Shown here one piece after another: positions 46,563 to 57,215 of a stretch of 60,575 bases of DNA. The DNA is from Sphingomonadales bacterium. GTDB taxonomy: Bacteria; Pseudomonadota; Alphaproteobacteria; Sphingomonadales; Sphingomonadaceae. The position numbers were made by a program, and so were the translations under genes. Numbering within the stretch: the stretch's first letter is position 1; each line of letters starts with the position of its first letter. The stretch is taken from the NCBI GenBank assembly GCA_038247515.1, contig JBBRUU010000001.1, positions 1-60,575 on the forward strand, read 5' to 3'. The notes beneath the pieces were generated by a model. That model did not search any database, was not told the DNA's origin, and saw only the letters and a list, made by a program, of their open reading frames with translations.

Positions 46563-47324
46563 TCAGCGGATGCCCTTGCCCTGCCCGCCGTCGACGCTGA
46601 GAGCGGCGCCTGTCACCCAGCCTGCACGCGCTGATACCAACCACGTGGCCGCATCGGCGATTTCCTCAGGCGTGCCTAAACGACCAAACGGAATGCTTCG
46701 GCGCACCATTTCGTAGACCGGCGGGTTCTGGACGCGCATCATATCCCACCCGCCTCCGGGAAACTCGACGGAGCCGGGGAGCAGCGCGTTCGCCCTGATG
46801 CCATGTGCGGCCTCATTAATGGCGAGCTTCTTGGCATAGGCATTGAGCGCCGCCTTTGCCGCGGTGTAGCCGTAATCCTCCATCGGGGACGCCTCGATCG
46901 CAGAGACCGAAGATACTAGCAGTATCGAACCGCTGCCTTGCGCTCGCATTCCCGGCAACACTGCATCCACGAGCCTGACCGCACCCATCAGATCGACCGA
47001 CAGGCTCTTGTCCCAGTCCTCTCGTGCGCCGCCCACAGACAGCGCCGAGGCATTGCTGATGAGAATGTCGATCCGTCCGAAATGCTCAAGCGCTACCTGC
47101 ACCAGATCACGAACGGCAACATCATCGGCAACGTCGCAGGATACCGCCAGAACCTCAGACCCTGTGCAGCCTATCTCTACTGCGGCCTCATCGAGCGCCG
47201 TTTGCCCGCGCGCGGCGATGCAAAGTTTCGCGCCCTCTGCCGCCAGCCCTTTAGCAATGGCACGGCCAATCCCTCTACTCGCGCCGGTAACCAGTGCGAC
47301 TTTGCCTTCGAGTTCAAGATCCAT
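46563..47324 (-). CDS. Short-chain dehydrogenase/reductase
   Basis: TGASRGIG, DILISNA, YTAAK, GRLGTPEEIA. Confidence 0.92.
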   Translation of the reverse strand: MDLELEGKVALVTGASRGIGRAIAKGLAAEGAKLCIAARGQTALDEAAVEIGCTGSEVLAVSCDVADDVAVRDLVQVALEHFGRIDILISNASALSVGGAREDWDKSLSVDLMGAVRLVDAVLPGMRAQGSGSILLVSSVSAIEASPMEDYGYTAAKAALNAYAKKLAINEAAHGIRANALLPGSVEFPGGGWDMMRVQNPPVYEMVRRSIPFGRLGTPEEIADAATWLVSARAGWVTGAALSVDGGQGKGIR

Positions 47325-47406
47325 CGCACTCCACCCCCGCTTGCCGATGCATGGCGAGTTTGCAGTGCGGAGCAGGAAAGGTCCAGCTTCGAATGTTCGA
47401 TGGCTT

Positions 47407-47483
47407 TGGTAGCGAAGGAGGGACTCGAACCCACGACCCCAGGATTATGATTCCCGTGCTCTAACCAGCTGAGCTACTTCGCC
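47407..47483 (-). tRNA. tRNA-Met (CAT), elongator type
   Basis: GGCGAAGTAGCTCAGCTGGTTAGAGCACGGGAATCATAATCCTGGGGTCGTGGGTTCGAGTCCCTCCTTCGCTACCA folds as a cloverleaf; encoded CCA; no initiator features. Confidence 0.93.
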
Positions 47484-47547
47484 CCAAGGGCATCCGGTGG
47501 GCATTCCAGCCGGATTGGAACGCCGGTTATCCCCGGCGCGAGGCGGG

Positions 47548-47576
47548 CATTTAAGGCGGGCGGCGGGCGGGGTCAA
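47548..47576 (-). promoter_or_regulatory. Sigma70 promoter of tRNA-Met
   Basis: TTGACC-N17-TAAATG followed by GC-rich discriminator. Confidence 0.6.
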
Positions 47577-47605
47577 GCCCCTTGGCGCGCGCCCACTGGC
47601 CGCCG

Positions 47606-48136
47606 TTAGACCCGCTCGCGGCCCCGGAAGGCGAAGGTCTTAACGTGCTCCCAAGGCCCGCCGCAATAGCGGTGCAACGCCAGCGCCGGGAAGCCGAAGC
47701 GGCCCTTGCCGGTCCACGCAGCGAGCACCGGCGCAAGACCCGCCTGAAGCGCCCGCGCCTCGTCCTTCGTGACCTTGTTCTGGATGGTGATGTGCGGGCG
47801 CGGCTCGTGGAGGTCCTGCTGCGTCAGGCTGCCTCGGAAATGCTCGGCGATCAGCGCCCGAAGTGCGAGCAGGTCGGGCGCTTCCAGAGCGATCGCGGTG
47901 CCTTTGCCGAGGTCCATCACCCCCTTCACCGCCCCGCGCGGCGCGGAGAATTCGGCGGCGATGCGGGGCAAGAAGCCGGTGAGTTCGCCCAGCAGCGCCG
48001 GAGCGAAGGCGTGGAACAGCGTGACGTGGGCGTGGAGGTGGTTGCGCTCAGGCGGGAAATGCGCGCGGCGTAGGCCCTCGGCGAAGCCCTGAAGGTCGGG
48101 CGGCAGGACGGCGGTGAGGATGAAGGGGTCAGCCAC
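47606..48136 (-). CDS. 2H phosphoesterase (2'-5' RNA ligase family)
   Basis: Two HxT motifs, AHVTLF and PHITIQ. Confidence 0.85.
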   Translation of the reverse strand: MADPFILTAVLPPDLQGFAEGLRRAHFPPERNHLHAHVTLFHAFAPALLGELTGFLPRIAAEFSAPRGAVKGVMDLGKGTAIALEAPDLLALRALIAEHFRGSLTQQDLHEPRPHITIQNKVTKDEARALQAGLAPVLAAWTGKGRFGFPALALHRYCGGPWEHVKTFAFRGRERV

Positions 48137-48157
48137 GCGCCAATCCCATCGGGCAGA

Positions 48158-49123
48158 TCACATCTCGCCCCGTTCGCGGCGGATCGCATACCACTTGGCG
48201 ACGTTGGCATTGTGTTCGGCGAGCGTGGCCGCAAACCAATGCCCGCCGGTGCCGTCGGCGACCATGAATAATGCACCGGTGTTCTGAGGGTTCATCACCG
48301 CCGCTATGCTGTCACGGCCCGGATTGGTGATCGGGCCTTCAGGCAGGCCGACGCGGGTATAAGTGTTGTAATCGTTGACCGCGGCGATTTCCGACTGGCG
48401 GATGCGGCGGCCCAGCGGCTTGCCCTTGGTGAGCGGATAGATGATCGTCGGATCGGCCTGCAGCTTCATCCCCGTGCGCACGCGGTTGGAATAGAGCCCG
48501 GCGACCATGCGGCGCTCGGTGGGCTTGCCGGTCTCCTTCTCGACAATCGCGGCGAGCACCAGCGCCTCGCGCATGGTGCCCACCGCGATACGAGGCCCGC
48601 GCTTAGCCCACTCCTCGGCGAGCGCCTTGTCCATCGCCGCCTGCATCTGCTCGACAAGGCTAGCACGCGACTGGCCTCGCTCGAACGCATAGGTGTCTGG
48701 CAGGATCGAGCCTTCGGGCGGCACCGCGACCTCGCCGCTCAGCAGAGGCTCGGCCATCAGGCGTTCCCAGACGAGGATCGAGGGCATCCCTTCGGGGATG
48801 GTCACAAACCTGCGGATCACATCGCCCGACTGGAAAGCGGCGAGGATGTCGCTCTGGCTCATGTCGGGTTTGAGCAGGAATTCGCCCGCCTGGATCGGCG
48901 TGTCGGAGCCGAAGATCCGCGCACGGAGCATAAAGCCCGATGCCGAGGAGACCAGCCCCTCGGCCTCAAGCTTGTCGGCCACCGAGGCGACCGAAGCGCC
49001 CGCGGGGATGGTGAAGCTGGTATCCTTGGCGATCGTCGCTGACCCCAGCATGGTCCACACCAGCACCAGCCCCGTAAGCGCGAGGCCGACCAGTGCCAGC
49101 ACGAGACCCCGCGCGGCGCTCAC
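48158..49123 (-). CDS. mltG: Endolytic transglycosylase MltG
   Basis: TIPEG, PDTY, AAIVEKET, LQADPT, YNTY, GPITNPG. Confidence 0.95.
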   Translation of the reverse strand: MSAARGLVLALVGLALTGLVLVWTMLGSATIAKDTSFTIPAGASVASVADKLEAEGLVSSASGFMLRARIFGSDTPIQAGEFLLKPDMSQSDILAAFQSGDVIRRFVTIPEGMPSILVWERLMAEPLLSGEVAVPPEGSILPDTYAFERGQSRASLVEQMQAAMDKALAEEWAKRGPRIAVGTMREALVLAAIVEKETGKPTERRMVAGLYSNRVRTGMKLQADPTIIYPLTKGKPLGRRIRQSEIAAVNDYNTYTRVGLPEGPITNPGRDSIAAVMNPQNTGALFMVADGTGGHWFAATLAEHNANVAKWYAIRRERGEM

Positions 49124-49127
49124 GGTG

Positions 49128-50387
49128 TCAGTCGATCTTCTGCATGATGATCGAGGCGTTGGTGCCGCCGAACCCGAACGAGTTGTTCAGCACCGCGCGC
49201 ACTTCGCGCTTCTTCGCCACTAGCGGCACAAGGTCGATGCCCTCGGTGCCAACGTCCGGGTCGTGCAGGTTGAGCGTCGGAGGCACGATCTGGTCGCGCA
49301 TCGCAAGGATGCAGAAGATCGCTTCGACCGCGCCCGCGCCGCCCAAAAGGTGGCCGATTGCGCTCTTGGTCGAGGACATTGACGCGCCGCCCAGGTCATC
49401 GCCGAGCACGCGCTTGATCGCGGCAAGTTCGATGGTGTCGGCCATCGTCGAGGTGCCGTGGGCGTTGATGTAGTCGATGTCGCCGGGGCCAAGGCCCGCC
49501 TTCTTCAAGGCCATCCGCATCGCCAGTTCCGCGCCGCGGCCTTCGGGATGCGGGGCGGTGACATGATAGGCGTCGCCCGACAGCCCGTATCCGGTCACTT
49601 CGGCGTAGATCCTCGCGCCGCGTGCTTTGGCGCGCTCGTATTCCTCGAGCACGATGACGCCCGCGCCCTCGCCCATCACAAAGCCGTCACGGTTTTTGTC
49701 ATAGGGACGGCTCGCTTCGGTCGGGCGGTCGTTCATGCTCGTGTTGAGCGCGCGCGCCTGCGCAAAGCCGGCGATACCGAGCGGGCAGATGGTGCCCTCG
49801 GCCCCGCCTGCCAGCATCACGTCGGCATCGTCCATCGCGATCATCCGCGCTGCGTCGCCGATCGAGTGCGCGCCGGTAGAACACGCCGTCACGACCGCGT
49901 GGTTCGGGCCCATGAACCCGTACTTGATCTGCACCTGGCCGGTGATGAGGTTGATCAGGCGTCCGTGCACGAAGTGCGGGCTGACCCTGCCGGGGCCGCG
50001 TTCGTGGAGGTTGACGCTCTCGATCTCAATGCCTGGCAAGCCGCCGATGCCCGAACCGATCGAGCAGCCGGTACGCTCCTTTTCGGCCTGGGTCATGTCC
50101 GTGAGGCCGGCATCTTCCAGCGCTTGGCCAGCGGCGTCGATGCCGAAGATGATGAAAGGATCGACCTGGCGCTGAACCTTGTGATCGACGCGCTTGTCGG
50201 GATCAAAGCCCCAGGGGTGATCCTTGGGCTTGACCTCGCAGGCGATCGTGCACTTCTGGTTCGAGGCATCGAAACGGGTGATCTGCCCCGCCCCGCTTTC
50301 CCCGGCGATCAGGTTTGCCCAGGCAGTCTCGACGTCCGCCCCCAGCGGGGTGACAAGACCGAGGCCGGTAACAACCACACGGCGCAT
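49128..50387 (-). CDS. fabF: Beta-ketoacyl-ACP synthase II
   Basis: MRRVVVTGLG, TACSTG, NAHGTST, GHLLG, NSFGFGG. Confidence 0.96.
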   Translation of the reverse strand: MRRVVVTGLGLVTPLGADVETAWANLIAGESGAGQITRFDASNQKCTIACEVKPKDHPWGFDPDKRVDHKVQRQVDPFIIFGIDAAGQALEDAGLTDMTQAEKERTGCSIGSGIGGLPGIEIESVNLHERGPGRVSPHFVHGRLINLITGQVQIKYGFMGPNHAVVTACSTGAHSIGDAARMIAMDDADVMLAGGAEGTICPLGIAGFAQARALNTSMNDRPTEASRPYDKNRDGFVMGEGAGVIVLEEYERAKARGARIYAEVTGYGLSGDAYHVTAPHPEGRGAELAMRMALKKAGLGPGDIDYINAHGTSTMADTIELAAIKRVLGDDLGGASMSSTKSAIGHLLGGAGAVEAIFCILAMRDQIVPPTLNLHDPDVGTEGIDLVPLVAKKREVRAVLNNSFGFGGTNASIIMQKID

Positions 50388-50424
50388 TCGCGTTCTCCAG
50401 AAGGGAGCTTGGCTCCGATATAGG

Positions 50425-50458
50425 AACAGGCCCAACCCCCCAGAGGGCTGAGCCTGTT
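50425..50458 (-). terminator. Stem-loop between acpP and fabF
   Basis: AACAGGCTCAGCCC-TCTGGG-GGGTTGGGCCTGTT on minus strand. Confidence 0.5.
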
Positions 50459-50567
50459 TAGGCCCTGATCCGCGCCCCGGCAATTATGCTGCCTGAGGAA
50501 TGCCCCGCCCTGTCCGCCAGGGACAGGCACATGGCAAGCGCGGACACCGGGGCGTCGCCCTAGGGTC

Positions 50568-50804
50568 TTAGCTCTTGTGCTCTTCAATGTACTTGGTGGC
50601 GTCACCGACGGTGGTGATCTTTTCAGCCGCATCATCAGGGATTTCGACGCCGAATTCCTCTTCGAAGGCCATCACCAGTTCGACGATGTCGAGGCTGTCA
50701 GCGCCCAGATCGTCGATGAAGCTCGCTTCCTGAGTGACCTTTTCGGCTTCCACGCCGAGATGTTCGACGACAATCTTGGCCACCCGGTCGGCTGTATCGC
50801 TCAT
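50568..50804 (-). CDS. acpP: Acyl carrier protein
   Basis: [20 protein letters not shown]. Confidence 0.97.
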   Translation of the reverse strand: MSDTADRVAKIVVEHLGVEAEKVTQEASFIDDLGADSLDIVELVMAFEEEFGVEIPDDAAEKITTVGDATKYIEEHKS

Positions 50805-50845
50805 GGTATTCCCTCTTGAACTTGGTGTTAGGTAAACTTCAGCCT

Positions 50846-50874
50846 GCCCTAAAGACAGGCGCAGGCGCTGGCAA
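50846..50874 (-). promoter_or_regulatory. Candidate acpP promoter
   Basis: TTGCCA-N17-TAGGGC. Confidence 0.4.
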
Positions 50875-50944
50875 GTGGGCATGAAAGACAACAGGGCGCC
50901 GCGACCTTGCCACCCTTTGCGCCGCCATGCGAGAGACGCCCGCT

Positions 50945-51961
50945 ATGCTGACATTCTGCTCCCCCGCCCAGAAAGCCCACGCGCCTTTGCACGAACTGGT
51001 CAATGGCGGACGCATGGACCATGCCGAAACCCCGGCGCGGCTCGGAGGCATGCTGGCGCGGATCGGCAGCGTGCGCAGCCCCGGCGACCAAGGGCTTGCC
51101 GCAATCCTCGCCGTTCACGAACCCGATTACGTCGCCTTCCTGCAAGGCGCGCACGCAGCATGGCTGGCGACGGGGCGGGAGGGCGATGCGATTGGCTATG
51201 CCTTTCCGGTGCGCGGGCGGCGGCCGCTGCAAATCGACAGGATCGACGGCCAGCTCGGCCAATATGGCTTCGATACCGTGACGCCGATTGCGGCGGGCAC
51301 CTGGGCTGCAGCCTACGGCGCCGCGCAATCAGCGCTGAGCGCGGTGGACGCGATTGCGCGAGGCGAGGCCGCGCAGGCCTTCGCCGCGTGCCGCCCGCCC
51401 GGGCATCACGCCGGCGCCGACTATTTCGGCGGCTATTGCTACCTCAACAACGCCGCAATCGCTGCGCGCGCGGCACTGGCGCAGGGCCTCGGCCCGGTGG
51501 CGGTGCTCGATGTCGATTACCACCACGGCAACGGCACGCAGGACATCTTCTACGCGCACGGCGAGGTGTTCTTCGCCTCGATCCACGCTGATCCGCGCAC
51601 CGATTTCCCGTATTTCTGGGGCCATGCGGACGAGCGCGGGGTGGGCGCGGGCGAAGGCACGACATTCAACCAGCCGCTGCCGCGCGGCACCCACTGGGAT
51701 ACCTACGAGGGCGCGCTTTTCAAGGCGCTGGAAGCGGTGAGCCTGTTCGGCGCGCGTACGCTGATCGTCAGCTACGGGGCGGATACCTATGCCGAGGACC
51801 CGATTTCGCAATTCGCTCTCACCACCGACGACATGCAGCGCATGGGCGCGGCCATCGGCGCGCTCGGCCTGCCGACCGTCACGGTGATGGAGGGCGGCTA
51901 CAATGTCGCCGCGCTGGGCAGCAATGTCGCGGCGTTCCTTGCCGGAGTGGAGGGCAGCTAA
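50945..51961 (+). CDS. Histone deacetylase family / acetylpolyamine amidohydrolase
   Basis: RPPGHHA, GGYCYLNN, DVDYHHGNGTQ, EGGY. Confidence 0.9.
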   Translation: MLTFCSPAQKAHAPLHELVNGGRMDHAETPARLGGMLARIGSVRSPGDQGLAAILAVHEPDYVAFLQGAHAAWLATGREGDAIGYAFPVRGRRPLQIDRIDGQLGQYGFDTVTPIAAGTWAAAYGAAQSALSAVDAIARGEAAQAFAACRPPGHHAGADYFGGYCYLNNAAIAARAALAQGLGPVAVLDVDYHHGNGTQDIFYAHGEVFFASIHADPRTDFPYFWGHADERGVGAGEGTTFNQPLPRGTHWDTYEGALFKALEAVSLFGARTLIVSYGADTYAEDPISQFALTTDDMQRMGAAIGALGLPTVTVMEGGYNVAALGSNVAAFLAGVEGS

Positions 51962-51992
51962 GCCGCCCCGCCTCCCGCCTTAATCACCCGCC

Positions 51993-53783
51993 TTAGCCGA
52001 CCGGCTTCACCGGCGGCTCGACCACGCGCATGTGGAGTTCGCGAAGCGAGCGCGGCTCGGCCGGGCTCGGCGCGCCCATCAGCAAATCCTCGGCGCGCTG
52101 GTTCATCGGGAACAGCGAGATTTCGCGCAGGTTCTTGGCGCCGCAAAGCAGCATGATGACCCGGTCAACGCCCGCCGCCATGCCCCCGTGCGGCGGCGCG
52201 CCGTACTGGAAGGCGCGGTACATCCCGCCAAAGCGCTCTTCCACATCCGCCTTGGAGAGGCCGACGATCTCGAAAGCTTTCACCATCGTTTCGGGCTTGT
52301 GGTTGCGGATCGATCCGCTTGCGATCTCGTAGCCGTTGCACACCAGATCGTACTGATACGCCTTGATGGTCAGCGGGTCCTGCCCCTCCAGCGCCTCGAT
52401 CCCGCCCTGCGGCATGGAGAAGGGGTTGTGGCTGAAGTCGACCTTCTTCTCGTCCTCGTTCCATTCATAGAACGGGAAATCGACGATCCATGCGAGCGCG
52501 AAGGCGTTCTCGTCGATCAGGCCCAGTTCCTCGCCCACACGGATGCGCGCGGCCCCTGCAAGCTTGGCGGCGTCGGCTGCCTTGCCCGCGGCAAAGAACA
52601 GCCCGTCGTTCTCGCCAAGGCCAAGCTCGGCGTAGAGCTCAGCCATGCGTTCCGGCCCGTGGTTCTTGGCGATCGGCCCGCCGAACTCGCCGGCCTTGCG
52701 CGTGACGTAGCCGAGGCCCGCGTAGCCTTCCTTGCGCGCCCAATCGTTCATGTCGTCGAAGAACTTGCGGCTCTTCTCGTGGGTGCCGGGCGCGGGGATG
52801 ACGCGCACCACGCCGCCGCCGCCGACGATTTTCTCGAACAGGCCAAAACCCGAGCTCGTGAAGTGCGCCGAGACGTCGCTGATGATCAGCGGGTTGCGCA
52901 GGTCGGGCTTGTCGCTGCCGTACTTGAGGATCGCCTCGTCATAGGGAATGCGCGGAAATTCGCCCGCCGGGGTGACCGTCTTGTCGCCCGCGAAGGCGGC
53001 GAATGTGCCCTGAATGACGGGCTCCATCGTCTCCCAGACTTCTTCCTGCGTAACGAAGCTCATTTCAAGATCGAGCTGATAGAACTCGCCCGGCAGGCGG
53101 TCGGCGCGCGGGTCTTCGTCGCGGAAGCACGGCGCGATCTGGAAATAACGGTCGAAGCCCGCCACCATCAAAAGCTGCTTGTACTGCTGCGGCGCCTGCG
53201 GCAGCGCGTAGAACTTGCCCGCATGGATGCGGCTCGGCACGAGAAAGTCGCGCGCGCCTTCGGGGCTGGAGGCGGTCAGGATCGGGGTCGAGAACTCGTT
53301 GAAGCCCACCGCGCCCATCCTTGCGCGCATATCGGCGATCACCGCCACGCGGGTCATGATGTTCTTGTGCAGCGTCTCGCGGCGCAGATCGAGGAAGCGG
53401 TACTTCAGCCGCACGTCCTCGGGGTAAGGCTGTTCATCAGCGACCGGCAGCGGCAGTTCTTCGGCAGTGCTGAGCACCGTGATGGCGCGGGCGAAGACCT
53501 CGACTGCGCCGGTGGCAAGGCGCGGGTTCACGGTCTCGGCGATGCGCGCCTTGACCTCGCCCTCGATGGTGATGACCGATTCCACCCGCAGCCGATCAAG
53601 CACCACCAGCGCAGACGAATCCGCATCGGCGACGATCTGGGTGATGCCGTAATGATCGCGCAGATCAACGAACAGCAACCCGCCAAAATCGCGCTTGCGA
53701 TGGACCCAGCCCGACAGGCGGACGGTCTTGCCGACATGATCCGAGGAAAGCTGGGCGCAGGTGTGCGTGCGATAGGGGTGCAT
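51993..53783 (-). CDS. aspS: Aspartate--tRNA ligase
   Basis: [43 protein letters not shown]. Confidence 0.97.
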   Translation of the reverse strand: MHPYRTHTCAQLSSDHVGKTVRLSGWVHRKRDFGGLLFVDLRDHYGITQIVADADSSALVVLDRLRVESVITIEGEVKARIAETVNPRLATGAVEVFARAITVLSTAEELPLPVADEQPYPEDVRLKYRFLDLRRETLHKNIMTRVAVIADMRARMGAVGFNEFSTPILTASSPEGARDFLVPSRIHAGKFYALPQAPQQYKQLLMVAGFDRYFQIAPCFRDEDPRADRLPGEFYQLDLEMSFVTQEEVWETMEPVIQGTFAAFAGDKTVTPAGEFPRIPYDEAILKYGSDKPDLRNPLIISDVSAHFTSSGFGLFEKIVGGGGVVRVIPAPGTHEKSRKFFDDMNDWARKEGYAGLGYVTRKAGEFGGPIAKNHGPERMAELYAELGLGENDGLFFAAGKAADAAKLAGAARIRVGEELGLIDENAFALAWIVDFPFYEWNEDEKKVDFSHNPFSMPQGGIEALEGQDPLTIKAYQYDLVCNGYEIASGSIRNHKPETMVKAFEIVGLSKADVEERFGGMYRAFQYGAPPHGGMAAGVDRVIMLLCGAKNLREISLFPMNQRAEDLLMGAPSPAEPRSLRELHMRVVEPPVKPVG

Positions 53784-53923
53784 TTGCCGAATGTTCCAAA
53801 GCTACAGGGAATCCAAGGCGCGCCTCTAGGCGAGGTGCCTGCGTAAATCCAGTGGGGGCTTGCCCAAATGCCTGCACTGCGGGCGGGCAAAAAATGGCAA
53901 ACACCTGGCAAACTGGCCGCGCT

Positions 53924-54370
53924 ATGCCTGTGATGGATACGAAGCGGGAGCTTACCTTGCAGCGGGCATTTGCGGACGCAGAAGAACAACGCGGCTTCTG
54001 CAAGCGCCTTGAGGCAATGCTGCGCGAGGGGCAGCCCGACGCGGCGCTGGCGCTGGTGCGGCAAGGATGCTTTGCTAAGATCGACAACGCGATAGAGGTC
54101 GACGGGCTTGCGGCGCTGTACGGCGCGGTGACGGCGGCTGCAGGCAATCACGAAAGCGACGATGCCCCGCGCGGTCCCTGTCTGCTCGCCGCCTGCACCA
54201 GCGCGATCCTGCTCCACCTCGCGGTCCGCCACACGATTGCGGAAGGCGCCCTGACGCGGCCGATGGCAGTGCTGGTCGGCAGCAACGAGGACTTCGCGTT
54301 CTTCGATGCGCCGGTGGTGTCTGCAGGGGAAGCGCGCGCATTGATGCCGGAGCCAGACGCACTCGCCTAA
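53924..54370 (+). CDS. Hypothetical protein, possibly frameshift-truncated
   Basis: Open frame divergent from aspS; plausible C-terminus KGFFGRLFGR lies in the +1 frame just past the stop. Confidence 0.45.
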   Translation: MPVMDTKRELTLQRAFADAEEQRGFCKRLEAMLREGQPDAALALVRQGCFAKIDNAIEVDGLAALYGAVTAAAGNHESDDAPRGPCLLAACTSAILLHLAVRHTIAEGALTRPMAVLVGSNEDFAFFDAPVVSAGEARALMPEPDALA

Positions 54371-54605
54371 CCCCCCACCCCCGGCCGAAAAGGGCTTCTT
54401 TGGACGATTGTTCGGGCGTTGAAGGCAACATGTGCACTTTATCGCGGCCCCTTCTAAACTCTTGTCCTTGGAGAGGCTATCGCGCTAGGGCGCGCTCGCG
54501 CGGCGATCGTCGCCAGCGCGCTGAATGGGAAGCCTCGCCCCGCGCAAGGCCGACAGGGTTCAAACCCGAGGGCGGCACTCCGCCCGATAACCGCGAAAAG
54601 ATGAC

Positions 54606-55886
54606 ATGAAAATCCATCCGTTGATTACCACCACCGAGGCCCTCTGCGACCTCTGCACCCGCCTCGCCAAGTCAGACTTTGTCGCGGTCGACACCGAATT
54701 CATGCGCGAGAACACCTATTGGCCCGAATTGTGCCTGGTGCAGATCGCCAATACCGAAGAAGCCGCCGCAATCGACCCGATGGCGGACGGCATCGACCTC
54801 ACCCCGCTGCTCGACCTGATGTGCGAGAACGAGGATGTGCTCAAGATCTTCCACGCCGGCTCGCAGGACGTCGAGATCATCGTCAACCTCACCGGCAAGA
54901 CCCCCCACCCCATATTCGACACTCAGATCGCGATGATGGCGATCAGCCAGTCCGAACAGATCGGCTATGCCAACCTGGTCGAGACTTGGGTCGGCCTCAC
55001 CATCGACAAGGGCGCGCGCTTCACCGACTGGAGCCGCCGCCCGCTCAGCGAGCGCCAGATCGAGTACGCGATCGGCGACGTGACGCACCTTGCCGGGATC
55101 TTCCCGCGCATCCTGAAGAAGCTTATCAGGACCGGCCGCGGCGGGTGGCTCGATGCCGAGATGGAGAAGCTCGCCGACCCGTCCAACTACCTCACCGATC
55201 CGAGCCTCGCCTGGAAGCGCATCCGCCAGTCGGGGCGCAATCCGCAGGTTCTGGGCCGGATGAAGGCGCTTGCCGCTTGGCGCGAGACCGAGGCGCAGCA
55301 CAAGAACATCCCGCGCGGGCGGATCATGCGCGACGAGACGCTGGCCGACGTGGCCAGCCACCCGCCCAAGGCGCAGGCGGATCTTGCCAAGGTGCGCGGG
55401 CTTTCGGCGGCGTGGCGCGACAACGACATCGGCAAGCGGCTCATGAAAGTGCTGGCCGAGGCCGAGCCGCTGCCCAAGAGCGAGATGCCCGAGAAGATCA
55501 AGCAGGGCGCGCCGCTGGGGCGTGAAGGCGCGCTGGTGGCCGATCTGCTCAAGCTGCTGCTGAAAATTCGCGCCCGCGAGATCGACGTCGCTCCGCGCCT
55601 GCTCACCCGCGCCGACGAGATGGAAGCGCTGGCCGCAGGCGCGCGCGAACTGCCGGTGCTGCAGGGCTGGCGCTACGATGTGTTCGGCAAGGACGCGCTC
55701 GATCTGGTCGAGGGCAAGCTCGCCTTCGCGGTGCATAACGGCAAGCTCAAGATGACCCACATAGACGATGTGGTTGAGGCAGAGCTGGAGCAGGAGCAGG
55801 AGCCGGATGCTGAGGCGGAGGCCGAGCCCGATGCGCAGGCCGAGCCTGAGGCGGACGGTGAACCAGACGCGCTGGTCGCGGAATAA
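54606..55886 (+). CDS. rnd: Ribonuclease D
   Basis: VDTEFMRE, FDTQ, TDWSRRPL, HRDC region; acidic repeat tail. Confidence 0.95.
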   Translation: MKIHPLITTTEALCDLCTRLAKSDFVAVDTEFMRENTYWPELCLVQIANTEEAAAIDPMADGIDLTPLLDLMCENEDVLKIFHAGSQDVEIIVNLTGKTPHPIFDTQIAMMAISQSEQIGYANLVETWVGLTIDKGARFTDWSRRPLSERQIEYAIGDVTHLAGIFPRILKKLIRTGRGGWLDAEMEKLADPSNYLTDPSLAWKRIRQSGRNPQVLGRMKALAAWRETEAQHKNIPRGRIMRDETLADVASHPPKAQADLAKVRGLSAAWRDNDIGKRLMKVLAEAEPLPKSEMPEKIKQGAPLGREGALVADLLKLLLKIRAREIDVAPRLLTRADEMEALAAGARELPVLQGWRYDVFGKDALDLVEGKLAFAVHNGKLKMTHIDDVVEAELEQEQEPDAEAEAEPDAQAEPEADGEPDALVAE

Positions 55887-55897
55887 CGGCTCCGGGC

Positions 55898-56794
55898 GTG
55901 TCCACCTACTTCCCCACTATCAAGCAATTGCAATACCTCGTGGCGCTTCACGAGCACGGGCATTTCGGGCGCGCGGCGGATGCCAGCTTCGTGTCGCAAT
56001 CGACGCTGTCGGCGGGGATCCGCGAGCTGGAATCGCTGCTTGGCGTGACGCTTGTCGAACGTTCGCGCCGGGTGGTACGCTTCACCGCGCTGGGCGAACA
56101 AGTGGTAGCCAAGGCCAACCGGCTGCTGCGCGAGGCTGAGGAGCTTGCCGATCTGGTCCAAGCCTCGGGCAAGCCGCTGTCGGGCGAGCTGCGGATGAGC
56201 GTTATCCCCACCATCGCCCCGTTCATGCTCCCGCGGATGCTGCCGCGCTTGAAGCGCGAGCGGCCCGATCTGAAGCTGATCCTGCGCGAGGAGACCAGTC
56301 ACAACGCGCTCGAATCCCTCAGCCACGGGCGGACCGATTGCGTGCTGCTGGCCCTGCCCTTCGACACCGGCGACGCGGCAATCGCGCATATTGCGGAAGA
56401 CCGCCTATTCATCGCCTTTCCCAAGGACGATCCGCGCGATCCTCCGGCCAGCATCAAGCCCGAGACGATCGATCAGGGACGGCTGCTGCTGCTGGAGGAC
56501 GGCCACTGCCTGCGCGACCATGCGCTGGCCGCGTGCAACCGCGCCGAACTGCGCGGTAGCGCGGCGATGATCGGCACCAGCCTGCACACGCTGGTGCAGC
56601 TGGTCGACAACGATCTGGGCCTCACTATGCTCCCCGAAATGGCACTGAAAGCGGGGATTCTGGCAGGAACGCAAGTGGTCGCGCGCCCCGTCGACAGCCC
56701 CACCGCCAAGCGCGAGATCGTGCTGGCATGGAGGAAGAACTCGCCAAGGGAGGCTGATTTTCTGTTGTTGGCTGAGGAACTTCGGGCGGGGTGA
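55898..56794 (+). CDS. oxyR: LysR-family H2O2-responsive regulator OxyR
   Basis: HFGRAA HTH, IPTIAP, EDGHCLRDHALAAC with both redox Cys. Confidence 0.9.
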   Translation: MSTYFPTIKQLQYLVALHEHGHFGRAADASFVSQSTLSAGIRELESLLGVTLVERSRRVVRFTALGEQVVAKANRLLREAEELADLVQASGKPLSGELRMSVIPTIAPFMLPRMLPRLKRERPDLKLILREETSHNALESLSHGRTDCVLLALPFDTGDAAIAHIAEDRLFIAFPKDDPRDPPASIKPETIDQGRLLLLEDGHCLRDHALAACNRAELRGSAAMIGTSLHTLVQLVDNDLGLTMLPEMALKAGILAGTQVVARPVDSPTAKREIVLAWRKNSPREADFLLLAEELRAG

Positions 56795-56995
56795 GATGCC
56801 CGGTCAGATCGCTATATTGCAGAGCGGCCCGTACAATTCCGGCCCTTGATAAGCGGCGGCAAATTCCGCATCCGCTTGCGCGCTCGGCTCTTGCAAAAAT
56901 TTGTCGAACCGGCCGACCATCTTGGGATCCATTCCCGAAACCCATAGGCTGAAGGTCACCGCCGTCGCGCACGAGCAGAACGCGCCATCAGGCGC

Positions 56996-57202
56996 TTAGC
57001 CCTTGCCCTTCGCGGCGCAATCATCGCGCACAGCCTTGTCGATCAGCCGCAGCGGGGGGCGCGCCTCTAGAACGGCATCGCGAGTCTTTGCCATGCCCAC
57101 AACCTTATCCCGCGCTTGTTTATCGGCGGCAAACGCGTTCGTCGCCATTATCAAACCGCCAAACAGGCAAACACCCAAGGGCAGGCAAACGTTCTTCACC
57201 AT
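56996..57202 (-). CDS. Small hypothetical protein with signal-like N-terminus (possible remnant)
   Basis: 68-aa ORF directly behind 57216-57563; AFA cleavage-like site. Confidence 0.3.
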   Translation of the reverse strand: MVKNVCLPLGVCLFGGLIMATNAFAADKQARDKVVGMAKTRDAVLEARPPLRLIDKAVRDDCAAKGKG

Positions 57203-57215
57203 CAGTCCGGCCCCC

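Noticed and set aside
49128-50804. fabF/acpP as part of the RiPP cluster
   Set aside because: Standard housekeeping acpP-fabF-mltG arrangement on the other side of the tRNA
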